Below are positions 37,201-50,541 of a stretch of DNA of 64,000 nt, one piece after another. Origin of the DNA: Lingula anatina. Taxonomy: Eukaryota; Animalia; Brachiopoda. Below the pieces are notes generated by a model, which had not been told where the DNA came from, made no database searches, and worked only from the letters and a program-made list of their open reading frames with translations. The translations under genes were made by a program, and so were the position numbers. Every line of letters begins with the position of its first letter. Position 1 is the first letter of the stretch. The stretch lies in NCBI GenBank assembly GCA_051362555.1, contig CM120643.1, forward strand, positions 10,354,001 to 10,418,000, given 5' to 3'.

Positions 37201-39229
37201 AGTTCTGGAACAGCGCAGCAAGGGAGAATATTGTTTAGCTCTCAAATTGGTTGGATGGTCGTTTTTATGCCAACCTTCATGGTTGCCTCATTGATTTTTT
37301 CCAATGAAAAATTCAGCAAGCCACTTCGTCAGTTGTGCCTCTGTTATGTAGAGTGACAGCTGGGTTGTTTTTATTTCAAGTCTGTAGAGGCAGAGAGAGA
37401 GAACAGAACAGAAGTGATGTGGGAGAGTGCTGGTAAAAGCTATTGCTTGTCTCTGCACTATATTTATTCAACTTCCAGTGAGTTAATTCTGATCTGTTAC
37501 GGAAAAGGATTTTTTTCTGATTTACACATTTCTTTCACTGCATGTGGAAGTGACATGAAAAAGGCTCGAAGTTGAACTATTTCATGCTTTATTATTAACT
37601 CAGCATCTGTCTTTTATCTGGCAGTGTACATTCTGCATTACATTGTTCTGGAAATTAGATGAGATTGCTGCAACATTGCAGATACATGTATTTTATGATA
37701 TTTTTCTTTATTATCAAAAAGAAAAAAAAAAGATATTCCTCAAAAGTGAATGCTGCCCACCTACCTGCAATCTTACATGTATGAGAATTACCTAGCATAT
37801 GGGAATCCTTCATCTGCGCCAGTAGTGCCAACGTTATGGTTGTGACATCACACTTTCCGGAAAAGACCAGCTGCTAAGTGTTCATTTTTACTCACAGGAG
37901 ATTAACCTGTCAGGGAGACCAGGATGCAATCACTCTCAGTAGAAGGTGGCTCAAATGTCTCTCCTGATAGTTCTCACCTGAGCCCATGACATGAAAAAGC
38001 AAGATCTGATAGGAAGCTTGCAACATTAATCCACTTGGTCGTCTGATTGTTACATCGTTGTTGGGAGATCTCATTGGTATTGTGTTTCGGTGTTTGGTGA
38101 ACAGGAAAAACAACGGTTAAGATCACGCTTGATAGGGATGTTACTAGAGCTTTTTCTGGTGATTGCTTTTTTTTTAAATTCAGTTGTCAGGGAAAACTGT
38201 TGGACATTGTTGGCAATTTGTTACTTTTTGGCAAAAAGAGGCTGATAGAGTTTTGGATTTTTCTTAGTTGTAAGGAACATTGGAAAGAAACAAAAAAAAA
38301 ACAAGATTTGGCACTGAGTAAGGTTTATTGAGTGAAGACAGTTGCAGTCTAAACAAGAAGAAACAAACAAAACTTCTGTAATTTTGTTGATTGATCAGAG
38401 AAAACATTTGAAATTCTAGAGAAAAAAATATAGCCTCATGAACAGGCAAGAAACAACAGAACTAGAGGTGAATTCTTTTCTGGACCTAATTGCCACACAC
38501 TGACTGCAATTGATTAGTTCTTAACATGCCTGTTATAATTAGCAACTGTCATCTTTGCAGGAAAAACAGCTGGAACTGCCTTTGGAAGCAATTGAACAAA
38601 TTTGGTTCCAGTTTTTTCTCAGGGTTGTAGTCTGCCACCTTGATTCCTATACCAACTGCTTTGGTGCCAGAAAGTCGGAGTGGGCCCCAATCAATGCCAC
38701 CTGTTACTTAGTATACACCATATGTCAGTGAGCTCCTAGTTGCCTCCCAGACACGTGGCTCTCTGAAGCTCTCTGAAGCAACTCTTCATCTCATTGGGTG
38801 AGAACCACTTTAGGAGTCGGCTGGACTGGATTAGTTGCTTTCAGTCAAATGCTAACTGGCAGCTGAGGCATGCCTTGTGTTCCACCAAGCTCATGGTTCT
38901 GTGTGCTTGAGAGAGCTTGACAGGTTGGAGATACTGGATGCTGGAATCCTTTCACTGACCATCTGGACAAAATGTGGGAGGTTATCTGAAAAGTGGTAAT
39001 TTTGGATATTGTTATATAACAGTATATCTTTTTTTCTGAAAGAAAGGGAAAAAATCTGTGATATATTTTCTTGTGGTTTGACATATATGAAGTGACAGGA
39101 GAAGCAAGGAGGGTGTAACATCGTAAATATATAATACTTTTCTTCATCAGTTAAAAAATTTGTGGACTGCAGGAACACTATATTTTTCCTGGAGATAGAA
39201 AAACTGTCTGTGTTCCTTGGATTTGTGTC

Positions 39230-39344
39230 ATGGCTAAACAAGAGGATAGACTTGAGCGCAAACCAATTAACTTATTAAGTTTGATGAAGTCTCATCCTCA
39301 ACGCTATCACGGGGTGTTTTCCTTCGAATTCTGCCACCATCGCA
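39230..39344 (+). CDS. Candidate first coding exon of an unidentified gene
   Basis: gtcATGG context; MAKQEDRLERKPINLLSLMKSHPQRYHGVFSFEFCHHR; phase-1 GTAAGT donor; possible upstream acceptor tacttttcttcatcag at 39150. No homology recognised. Confidence 0.4.
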
Positions 39345-41191
39345 GTAAGTCAGATTTTTCTTAATTTAATTATTTGCTTTTTAATCAACTATATGTTGTA
39401 TATAATATTTTTCCACATCAGTTGTTGTGTGAAGATATCACTACAGTTCATGTCAAGCATTTTGGTTTTGCCCTGGTGTATTTTATCTTTGAGATCTACA
39501 ACCACTGAAGGCAATGAAGGATTCCTTATCTAAGAGATTATTATTTTGCAAGATTATTTTCAAGAAAAAGAAGTGATATCATGTTTTATTAAATTATCAT
39601 TTAGTTTAAGTTCATATTTTATATACAGGAGAGCCAAAACACAAAAGTCCCCATATATACATAAATCTTAAAAGTAAAATCCAACCCAATCCTATCAATT
39701 GTCCCCAATTTTACTATTAAAGAGTTGTTTTTTTGATATAAATTAACAATATGAACCTGGTTTGGAATTGAAACACCTGGTGAGGTGGGTTTGGTTTTAA
39801 TATTATCTGCTACCAGCAACAATGCACACATTTGTATGAGTAATTCTGAATCTTTTATTGTTTATATCCGAGGGGTGGGGGGGGGGGGGGGGGAGATATT
39901 CATACTGCCAGTGTATTCCTGTTTGGGTTGCTGCAGATGAAATGTTTGATGTAAACTTCCGTTTCAGAGACCAAAATAATGGTAATACCACAGGTCATAA
40001 ATTTATCAGTGTGCCATAATATTGTTTATTCAAAAACTGAATTTAATTTTTATAGTATTTATTATAAATTGCATAAACTCACATTATATCTCTAAAAAGT
40101 CTGAGTGATTGGATTAGTAAAATTTTAACTTTTGCTTGATTGTTAATATTTGTTATGGTTTTCTTAAATGCTACAGTATATGCTTCACCCTTAAGAAAAT
40201 GTTCAGTTCTGTAAGATGATTAATTCTTAATTGGGTTTACCTCTAGTCTATTTATATCAACATGTTCTATGGCAAGACTCATATGAATCAGGCCATGAAT
40301 GAATTTTTCATAAAAAATATAGAGGTGCATGTGTCTTTCAGGGGGGAAATGATATATGAGAACAAAAAAATTAAGAGTTCTGCTGTTGCACATACAGGTT
40401 ATCTCATTTGGTTGTTGTTGATGGCAAGAAGTAACACTCTTCAAAGTAGATCTATAGAGATTTTAACAGTTGCATTGTTTCATTTCATAGTAGCATGTTG
40501 ATTTTTTTTTCATCTTTTTGTCCACAGTGACATTTGCTGCTTTAAATTCAGATATAAATTCTGATTTTGTATTTCAAAAGCAGAAAAATGGAACGATAAT
40601 AACAGCAACAACAAAGAGATTCATGATAACTGTAACCACTTTTCATTCTTTTTTCATCGCTGCATTTTACATTCAGTCAAGTTGATATTTCCCCGTGGCA
40701 GCACTCCATTTGTAAATTTAATATGGGCTCTGTTTGTACAACTAGCATGTCAAACAAAGTTCATAACAAGCCAGTCACCATAATAAATATCATTTTGCTT
40801 CCTGGATTGCATGTTTTGATATCCTTGGTTTGATATTGTATGGGTAATGTAATTGTTGTTTTGTTATTGATACTTCACCCAACAGTATGACTGCTGATAC
40901 AGCATTGATGTTGTGAGTGTGGTCGATGCACTGTACAGTACATAGGGGGATTTATTATTACTGATAGACTAAGGTGTTCCTGTATTATCAGCAAAGCCAT
41001 ACGCACACCTTGCTCCCCTTGCTTTTAGGTAAGATTTTGTTTAAAATCAACCTTGCTGGTGGAAGATAAAAGGGAAATATGTAACTTTAGGCTTTAGAGT
41101 TATGGCTTTTGTGAGGTTAGATTGTAATGGGTAGAATGCTGTACGTTAAGATAGTGTGTGTTGTTTGTTTATTCTCTCTCTCTCTCTTTTG

Positions 41192-41222
<31 letters not shown>

Positions 41223-43376
41223 TTTATATATTGTTGTGGAAACAATATTGCAATAAAGGTTTACAGTCTGCATTCAATAAAAAAGACTAATATTTTATTA
41301 GAAAAGAATGAAAGAACTATGACCCTTATTGTTCCAGTGTCAAACTATTCATGTCAAAAGTACATGTTTAAAAATGTGATAGTATCTTATTTCATTAAAA
41401 AAAATTGGGGGGGGGGGGGGGGGAGGACACAAAAGAGGTCACAGTAATTGAGTTGAATTTTTTCAGTTTCTGGGACCTCAAACTTGTGCAGTAAAGAATT
41501 TCTCTAACCAGTATGAACGATAGAAATGCTGATAAAATAATATATGAGAAAGTAAAAAAGAAATGTTTTATATCCTTATTTTTTTCACAAGACAAAGTAG
41601 ATCCTGCCGTCTATTTGTTCTATTCATATTTTATTTTTAATTAACAATAAGTCAATCCAGAATAATGAATTTCATGTAAAAAAGAGATGATAAAAAAAAA
41701 ACTAATGCAATCTTTAAATGTAAATAGTAAAAATTTCAGATTCACACTGTGAGTGAGAGCCCGGAAAAATATATCCATACTCAGAATTCCTCCAATAGCA
41801 AAATAGCCATCCTGCCTTGTGTGTTGCTTTGGGCTGATGTTTAGAGTGAGCTATCATATCCACGTGTTGAAGTGAAGAGAAGGTGTAAGGTTTTCAAACT
41901 CTGCTAAAGAATGGGGCCCATATGTTCCAACCATCAGCTCTGGCGCCAGTGTGGCGGGGAAAAATCTGGAAGACTCATTTCTGTGACCCGCGCCATAACA
42001 AAAATGTTGCCCTTCTTCATCAAACCCAGATGGGGAAATAGTTCTGTTGATGTTTTGCAACTTGTGTTATTTGTTATTTCAAGAAGACGGGCACTACGAT
42101 GTACAATTGGTTTACAGTGATAAACGATGGCTGGTTTCAATAACACTCCCGAGCCAGCTTGCTGTACAGTGCAAATGTATTAGCAGTTCATAATAGTAAG
42201 AACACATACATGCTTAGGGAATACAGATTTAACACTTAGCTGAGGGATTCCTGTAATCCCAATTCAAGGCCCCTGATGTAGAAGTCATCTGGCCTACCAA
42301 AAGCAAGCAAAGTGGCAGATATGTCCCAAAGGATGTCAGGCTGGGGGGGAGGGGGGGGGGGCAGGAAGGATCAGGAGGGGAAATGGATTTTGAATTGAAC
42401 ATGTCTAGGCTTGTACAAAAAGCATGAATATGATCCTTTCCAATATTGAACCATATCAGTGGTAAATTGACAGTTATATCATCAGAAATGGATTATTTCT
42501 ACCCTATGACGAAAATTATAGATACCAGATGCAAAGAACGAAATAGCTCTTTAAATATTCAGTATGCTGTTATCTCTCCCATCTTTCATTTTTAAAATGC
42601 AGGTGCATGCTACCACACGACCGCATGTGTTTAATGTGCTCTGTGCATCTGGGTACATGCCACAAATTTATCAATAATATTCCATATTTTCTCATTGTCA
42701 ATCCCCCGAAGTGAACTCACTTAGTAAGGGAGCACTGTGCCACATCTGTGGGTTTGTGATATTATGAACTGATAAGTAAAGAAGTACAGATACATTCCGC
42801 TAATTTCTTCTCATTCAGACACCAGGGATGGTGAGATCTGGTCTTAAAAGCCAGCTGCGCCACTCTTAATACTAGGAACCCATAGCGGCTTAATTGAACT
42901 CTCCCTGAATGTCTTGACATTAAGAAACAGTCTTGTTCAGTGAAAAACGAAGAAAAAAAATTAGAAAATAGTAAGAGCAGATTGGCAGCTGAGCTATGAG
43001 GCACAATAACCATAGTGTGACAGGTGATGTGGGATATTTATAGAATCTGATTACCTAGAAGCTCTGAGAAATTTTCCCAGAGCCAGAAGTGAGCTGCAGC
43101 TGCACCTGCCATGCCTGGCGCAATTATTAGTTTTCCTAACAGGTCTATTGAGTGACAGGTTATTGTGGAGCTCTCTGTGCGAAAGGAAAGCAGTGTTTTT
43201 TGGTAGCAATCCCTAAACTTTTTTTTCTTGGATCCTTATACAGTTTTCTCTGAATTGGTATAACTGTTTTTCTGAATTGTGATAATGAAAAGAAATACAG
43301 GTTTCATCTCGATCTCTCTGATTATCTCTTTTAAATTCTCTTTTAATCCAGTAAAATCCAGTAAAAAACTCACTCT

Positions 43377-43409
<33 letters not shown>

Positions 43410-43675
43410 CTCCCACACAAGCCCCCCTTCCTTATAGCTATTTCTTAGAAACTGTTTACCCTCATGTAATTTCACCATGAGATATTCTTTAAGCATGTGG
43501 GCATTAATGAGGAATAAGTGTAAGTAAACATCTGAAGAGAGGAGAAATTTGTCACACACATGGAATTTCCAGTGTTTGGTGTTTGTACAATTAATGTGTT
43601 TGTACTTTCATGCTCTGAGTTTGCAGCTCTGTAATGTTGATGTCAGGAAGGAAGGTGCTGTAGGTTGGACACTAA

Positions 43676-43931
43676 GGCTTCATTCACATGCAATGTCTAT
43701 TTTCTAAATTCTATTTTCTATTCGCGCTATCTTATGATCACGGTCTGTGCCCTGAATATCCCGCCTTGAATTACTGGCAGCGCGAGCCAGTTACTTATAG
43801 TAACTTATAGTAACTGGCTCGCGCTGCCAGTAATTACGCCACGGGATATTCAGGGCACAGACCGTGATCATAAGACATACCGCGAATAGAAAATAGAATT
43901 TAGAAAATAGACATTGCATGTGAATGAAGCC
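43676..43931. mobile_element. Near-perfect 256-bp palindromic MITE (Harbinger-like)
   Basis: GGCTTCATTCACATGC...GCATGTGAATGAAGCC; ~120-bp arms with only two small mismatch patches; TAA on both sides. Confidence 0.93.
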
Positions 43932-43970
43932 TAAGAGTACATTAGGGGAATATATGTATGTGTGTGGTTT

Positions 43971-44030
<60 letters not shown>
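43971..44030. repeat. (GT)n(GA)n microsatellite
   Basis: Direct reading. Confidence 0.9.
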
Positions 44031-46038
44031 TTATTAAGAAAGGAAATAATTAAAGAAAAAAATTTTTTTTAAATATTTATGATGCTGACAAAGGATATGA
44101 GATGGAAGCAGCAGAAATCATCCTCTGTAATGGCTGCTATTTGGATCTTATTTAGTTAGAAATTAGCGGCCGAAATTAGCAAGGATCCCACCACCTGATA
44201 TTAGATCTGGACACAGCTGCAAGATTCCCTGTAGACACCAGTAATCCAGGGGGAAGGGCTCCCATATTTGCAATTCCAGGCCCTGCAAAGGCATAATCAT
44301 TGGGAATTCATTTATTATACATGTATTGGTGAAATATTTAATTAATAACACAGGGAATATGTGTATCTGGGGTGTCTGCCATTTCACCCAGGAGGGGAAT
44401 TTTTTATCCAAATTATTGACCAATGTTTGTGAACCGACAGAGTGATACACATGTATAAGAATGGACAGAGAAGGAGAGGTATCAATAATTCATTTTGTAT
44501 AAACTTATCCAGTATTTGATAATCGGTAATGCATGTTCAAGTTCTCACATCTGGAGAGGGCCCAGGTGGAAGAGTTCGCAGGCTAGATGGAATAATAGAT
44601 ACAACATATTGCATAGTTCACTCTAGAATAATTTCTGTTTAAGACAATTAGCCCGTGTAATTCATTGGAATCAATTTTTAGGTTAATTGGTGAATGATTG
44701 GTTGCAGAGAAAAAAAGTGCTAGATAATTTTTTGAGTCAAATTTTTTATATTTTAAACACTCATATTTTTTTTTCTTTTTGCATTTGTAAGAAAGCAAGC
44801 AGTAATCACTAGAAGTGTGTAGGAGGGAGAGGCCATTTTGAATTGGAAAAGACGTTTGCACAGATGTTGTGAATGTTTGCTCTTGCCTAATTAAGGAGTA
44901 TTCTCTAGAAAAATGCACATCTCAGAATGATTGTTAATTGATAATTGGGTCAACTTCATAGGCTTCTGCACCTGTAGAAGTTCTCACCTACACTGCAGTA
45001 CTAAACAAATGCTGGAGGGAAAAGCTGTTGGAAAACTTAAGATGCGCATTGTGCAAGTATTGAAATAATAAGTATATTGTGTGTTTATAATAGAAAGGAG
45101 AGAAAATAATGATGACCTTTTGCGTGATAGCAAAGACTTATAATGACATCTCTGCGAAAATGTCTGAAGGATATTATTAACAATTTAAGGTGTTAGAATA
45201 CGATAAATTATTCAGGACCAATTCTGTGTAGGTGTACACCTACCTAGGGCTATATATGCAGTGGCAGAATAGTTATATATCTTTATTATTAGTTTTTTCT
45301 GTCCACATTTGTGTATCAATATGGAATTAAAAAACAAAAGGATGTAACTTCATGCCAGGTGTGTCTCTGACACATTCATTAATAAAGGAAGAAGAAGAGA
45401 ATTGGAAAGCAAACAATAACTTCTAAAGTGGTTATTTCTCAGCATTGGCAGTTCCTGTTCATTGTATTTTTCTCTCTCTGTCATCAAAACTGATGTAATT
45501 TCCCATATATTAACTTAAAGAATGCCTAGATTTTACATTCCCTCCATAGCTCATTGCTATTAGAATATTTGATGGTATTCAGTAGTTCTGTTTATATTGA
45601 CATCATTCATCCTCCTCTTCCCTCTATCTTCCGATGTTGCCACAATTTTAACAAGTTGCCATGGCAACATCCATTTAGCAGAGGGTGTTATGGCAAACTA
45701 TGGCAGGTTTACAGCAACAAAAGCAAGCACCAGGTACAGAGACACCCCCCCCCCCTCCCCCTTTTGCTTTGCTCCATAGCAATGTGTGTTTCATGCAATG
45801 TGTGTTTCATGCTTAATCTCAATTTAGTGTATACTGAATTATACCAAATTATATGGCAAGGTTTACATGCTAGGTGCTGGGATTTCAATGTGCTTGAAAT
45901 AGCAGACTATTTTACAGGAGGTTGTGTCTGTTTTATATCTGGTAGGGCTAAAAGGCTTTCACGGTGATTGAAACATATCTCACTTTGCTTATACAGGGGA
46001 TATTGTTGGCCATCTGTACTTTTAAAGGTAGTCTCTCT

Positions 46039-46073
<35 letters not shown>

Positions 46074-46505
46074 ACGCTTCCCACATTTACATATCAAATT
46101 ATAAAATTTTCAGTTTATTCATAATACAATTTAAAGAAAACTCACTGTATGCTATATAATATGAGCAAAAATTAAACAAACAAAATCGCTTTTCTGCACA
46201 TTCTTTTCTAAATTAATTCTTTCTTGATAATTGGTAAGTGTTAAAAAATGTTCCCCAAGAAAAAGTAGTCAATGTTTATAGTGTCACGTTCAGTTACTGC
46301 ACAGTGACACGTACACACCCCACATGGCTAGGCCATATTGCAGAGTTAAAAAATAACAGTTCTTTGGATGGTTTTTGTCAACGTTAATTGTTTGTGATGC
46401 GCTCTTCATTAATATTATCAAAATCACCATTGATTAGAAAGGGGTAAAAATAGAGAAAACTCAAAAGGGACAAAATAGTGTGGGCTTTTTGTGCAAGTTA
46501 ATGTG

Positions 46506-46557
46506 ATGGGTCTATGTTTGACAAAATGGTCAGTGTCAAAGCTGATGGGGAAACAGA
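46506..46557 (+). CDS. Candidate first coding exon with acylation-type N-terminus
   Basis: gtgATGG; MGLCLTKWSVSKLMGKQ; phase-1 GTAAGT donor. Confidence 0.3.
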
Positions 46558-48369
46558 GTAAGTGCAGTGTAGGTAGAAATAATAGAATTGTACTGAGTCA
46601 CAGTTGTTTTCTGGCTTTGATTTAGGTTACCATTATAGGCAATGAATAAATTTGATTAAAATTTTTTACAATCAAAATGCTTTGGCCTGATAAAGTTACA
46701 GACTTACAGAGGATGCAATTTGTCTACAATTTTCTCTGTATCTATCTGTCTATCTCCTCCCAGCATATATCTACATATTATCTATCAATCTATATCTATT
46801 CATCTATACAAATGCAATACATATATTCAAGTGAACAGGTGTGGGAATCAATATAGTTACGTAACTCAAGTTAAAATTCCCTGTATTGATGCACAGGTAG
46901 AGTCACAGCTGGGGGACAAGGTAGCCCACCTGTGTTCAACCAGCACACCTGTCACAGTGCACCTGGACTCCCATGTTGTGGAACAGCTGAAATGGAAAGA
47001 GGGAAGGAAAGAGGATGAACGAGTGAAAAAGGGAGATAAAGAGAAGGAATGCAGTAGAGAGGTAGTAGGGAAGTGTGTGTGCGTGTGTATGTGTGTGTGT
47101 GTGTCTGACAAAGGGATTAAGCGGGGGGGGGGTGAGTTAGGAAAGAGCATTTCTCGTCTGATAGGTGTCTCTCAAACAGTGGGCTGACATGTATTAAAAG
47201 ATAAAAAAAAAAGGTGATCGTTTTAGAACTTACAAGATAACATTGCTAACAGGTCACTAACAGGTTAACATCCTAAGTGAAAGAGAATTTCCTTGTCTAG
47301 AAACATGGGAAGAATTTGTCTGAGTTGGTTGTAAAGTTATTTATTTTAACTTTTGGAAATAAAAGTTTTATGGTGACACTGGGCTTTGATGGTCCTGCAT
47401 ATCCCTGCCTTTGACTTTCTACATGGCCAGCTTCACTCAAAGCTTATTAAAAAAAGGGGGATCACATAGCCCTATAGTGTCGCCTCCAAGGTAACTTCTG
47501 GGCATTACCTGAGTATGCATCCGTCTGTTTCAGGTGTGCAGGATAAAGTGTGCAAACACACTCTGCTAGCCGCAATCAATTCTATCCAATATTTATACAG
47601 CTAAATTGTTTGTTCATATCTTCAAAAACCAAAATTCAATGGGATCGTTTAGACATGGATCCCTTGGTGTGACAATACCTTAGACCCTGTGTGACCTCTA
47701 TACAGGCCATTCCATGTTATTTTCTTCCTCACAACATCTCTTTTAAGAAAACTTTATAAAGCTTTGTCTATTTCTAAATAGACAGAAAAAGACCTTGCAC
47801 CAAGTTAAGTTTATCTTCTTTTGTACTAAGTTTGTAAAAAAAGAGAAGGTAACAGTTAAATTTCAAGGGAAAATTCAATGGAGGGAGAAAATATTTTGGA
47901 GTGGCTGATACATGTAATCTTCCTTTCAGTGCAGTTTAAAAGAGGTCAATATTTGACCCGCTGTGTTTGTTTAGTTGTTCAATATGTGTGTGCATTTCAA
48001 CGGTCAAGTCTGCAGGTAGACTGAAGGAGTCAAGAATCACGAGAATCACGAATCACGAGAATCACGACTCTGCCTCACGCATTTCTGTCTGTTCAGTTGT
48101 TCCATAGTGTAGTTTAGCACCAGTGCAACTGAGGCAAGAGCAAATAAACAAAATTTTGAAGAAAATATAGAATAATTTGATGGAAAATATTGTGACAGAT
48201 GGCTGATTTGACATTTGAAAGTGCACATGTATCTGATCTATGTGTGTATACAGTGTATGGTGTATGTGAGGAAGTAATAGATCTTTCTTGAAAATTTATA
48301 TTTGACCTCCATACTGAAATGGTGCTAAACAGATAGTAGAGATTAAAATGTTTAGTACATGAAAAATAA

Positions 48370-48468
<99 letters not shown>
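48370..48468. repeat. (AAT)n(ATT)n self-complementary microsatellite
   Basis: AAT run switches directly to its reverse complement at ~48408. Confidence 0.92.
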
Positions 48469-49207
48469 GTCTTTTTCTAGTTTGGAGTACAAAAGTTTTA
48501 TAAATTGTTTCAGTTTATTAATTTCTTTGGAAGGGGTGATTTTAAAAAATAAACTAAGACAAAATGTTTCACTTTTTGAAATAATCATTTTATGGGAGAG
48601 AAAAATAGTGGTCAGTTTGAAAGTCAGTTTCTGCTTTATAAACATAGTCAGATTATTTGTACATATATATTTTATGTTATTATTATCACAGAAGAAACAG
48701 CAAAATAAACCACATGTCCAGAAACAATAATATTATGACCTAATTATAAACTGCCAATTGATAACAATTACATGTCAAGATAGGCAAAGGACACGGAATG
48801 GATAGCAATGGCCCCTAAGCATTTCCGATGAGGCATGACTATCTATTGACTTAGTAAATCTGGAAACCTGTGGCACTTATTGACATACATTACAGGTGTA
48901 ACGACACAGGGAAACCTTAGCTGTTTACTCAAATACCTTGATCACTCCCCTATGTATGTTGTAGCTGTTTTGTGTTGATATAGCTTTGATTCACTTTCTC
49001 TGACTTTCATTACGTCATGTGACTTCTCATTTGGATTTTAATGATCATTCGCGTGGGTACTTGACTTGGGTCTGTTGGGTAACTGGTGGTCATTTGGCTG
49101 GAATGACCCAAGGGGCCTTTTGACCGGGTGGATCAGGAAGGCTGATACTTTGCATGGTTGGACAGGAAATAAAATAGTGACAGTGGGTGATAAAGTTACT
49201 GGAAAAT

Positions 49208-49298
49208 ATGGATAAAATGGATAAAAGAAAGATCAATTTTTGGAAAAATTTGTTTTCTCAGAAACTTGTGCGCAAGAAGCTTGGATTATGTGCATCTG
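49208..49298 (+). CDS. Candidate first coding exon
   Basis: aatATGG; MDKMDKRKINFWKNLFSQKLVRKKLGLCAS; phase-1 TG|GTAAGT donor. Confidence 0.3.
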
Positions 49299-50233
49299 GT
49301 AAGTTTTTCCATACTTTTTTTGTATCAAAAATAGTTCATAGTTTTTATGGCATTTGAAAAAAAAATGTTTAGATTACTGTAAACAGTTATTTTATTGATT
49401 AACATGACTGAAATGAAAAACATTATAGGTGAAAAAGAAAATTGTTATTATCACTAAAATGCACAAAACTTTTTGGCAAAGAGTATGTTTGATTTCCAAA
49501 AATATTAAAAACAATATTGTAATGCAGTGGTTTCATTTTTTTTTTATTATTTCTTTTCTGATGAAAAGGTTATGTAAATCATAATAAAATGTGTATCAAA
49601 AGACAAATAGTGTGAGAAATTTACTGGTAAGTAAAAATTGATACACTTCCACTGAAAAGTAATACTTAGAAAACTTGCAACAATCTAGCAAAAATTGCAT
49701 CCCGAGGTTCTCCTCAGTTCTCTCATTTCCTTTAGTAGTATGTGTGATATTTTAATCTGCCAGAGATCTGAGTGTTTTCAATGTATGGGTCTATAAGGAC
49801 CCAGCAGGTTTTCAAGCATCTCCACTCATTTCCATAACTCATGGGCCTGGCCATACCACATGCCATATACTGCTACACAACTGGATGAATGATATCAAAA
49901 TTTGGCAATACAGTATCAAGACCAAACTGGAACAGGATAGGGGCCCTGGTTGGTGGCTGGTCAATGATTTAGGCCCTCCACATGGTTTGGATTATTGCTT
50001 TGCCTAACATTAACTACCTGCATTGAAAACCAACTCCCAGAGCTGTCAGCCGAGGCGCCTCTTAGACTGCGGAACATCTGATTTCTTGCACTTCAGTCTG
50101 GGCTCCTGCGCCCTCGGCCTGGTATCCATCAACAAAGCACTTTCACATCTGGACCCTGAGAGGAGGCAGAGTGAGAGGAGGTGGAGAAAGAAGGAAACCA
50201 GCCGCCCAGTTCCACAGTTAATACATTCACAGG

Positions 50234-50541
50234 CCTACCCCTTGATTAATTGCTCGTGATTTGGAGCCGTGGTTTAGAAAAAAAAAAAAAGAAAAGAAAT
50301 TGCTGCTGGCTTAGTGCATGGGTTGTTTGTGAGCTGAATCAGATATATAGAAGTTATTAAGAATGAAAAAGTGTTCATAGTAGTGATGATATTTTGAAAG
50401 TAAAAAAAAAAATGATCAGAACTTTTTCTTCAGTTCTACAATTAATTTGTTCATAGCCCTACTCCTTCCTTAATTGCTCATGGTTTGGAGTTGCTAAGAA
50501 AAAAAAAGAAAATGCTGCTAGTTCAGTCCATGGTTTGATTT
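50234..50541. repeat. Local direct duplication (~90 bp; 50234-50328 and 50458-50541)
   Basis: cctac..ttaattgctc.tg.tttggag..A-run..gaaa.tgctgct.g.t.agt.catgg twice. Confidence 0.75.

Noticed and set aside
48352-48730. Poly-Ile ORFs on both strands
   Set aside because: Translation of the AAT/ATT microsatellite.
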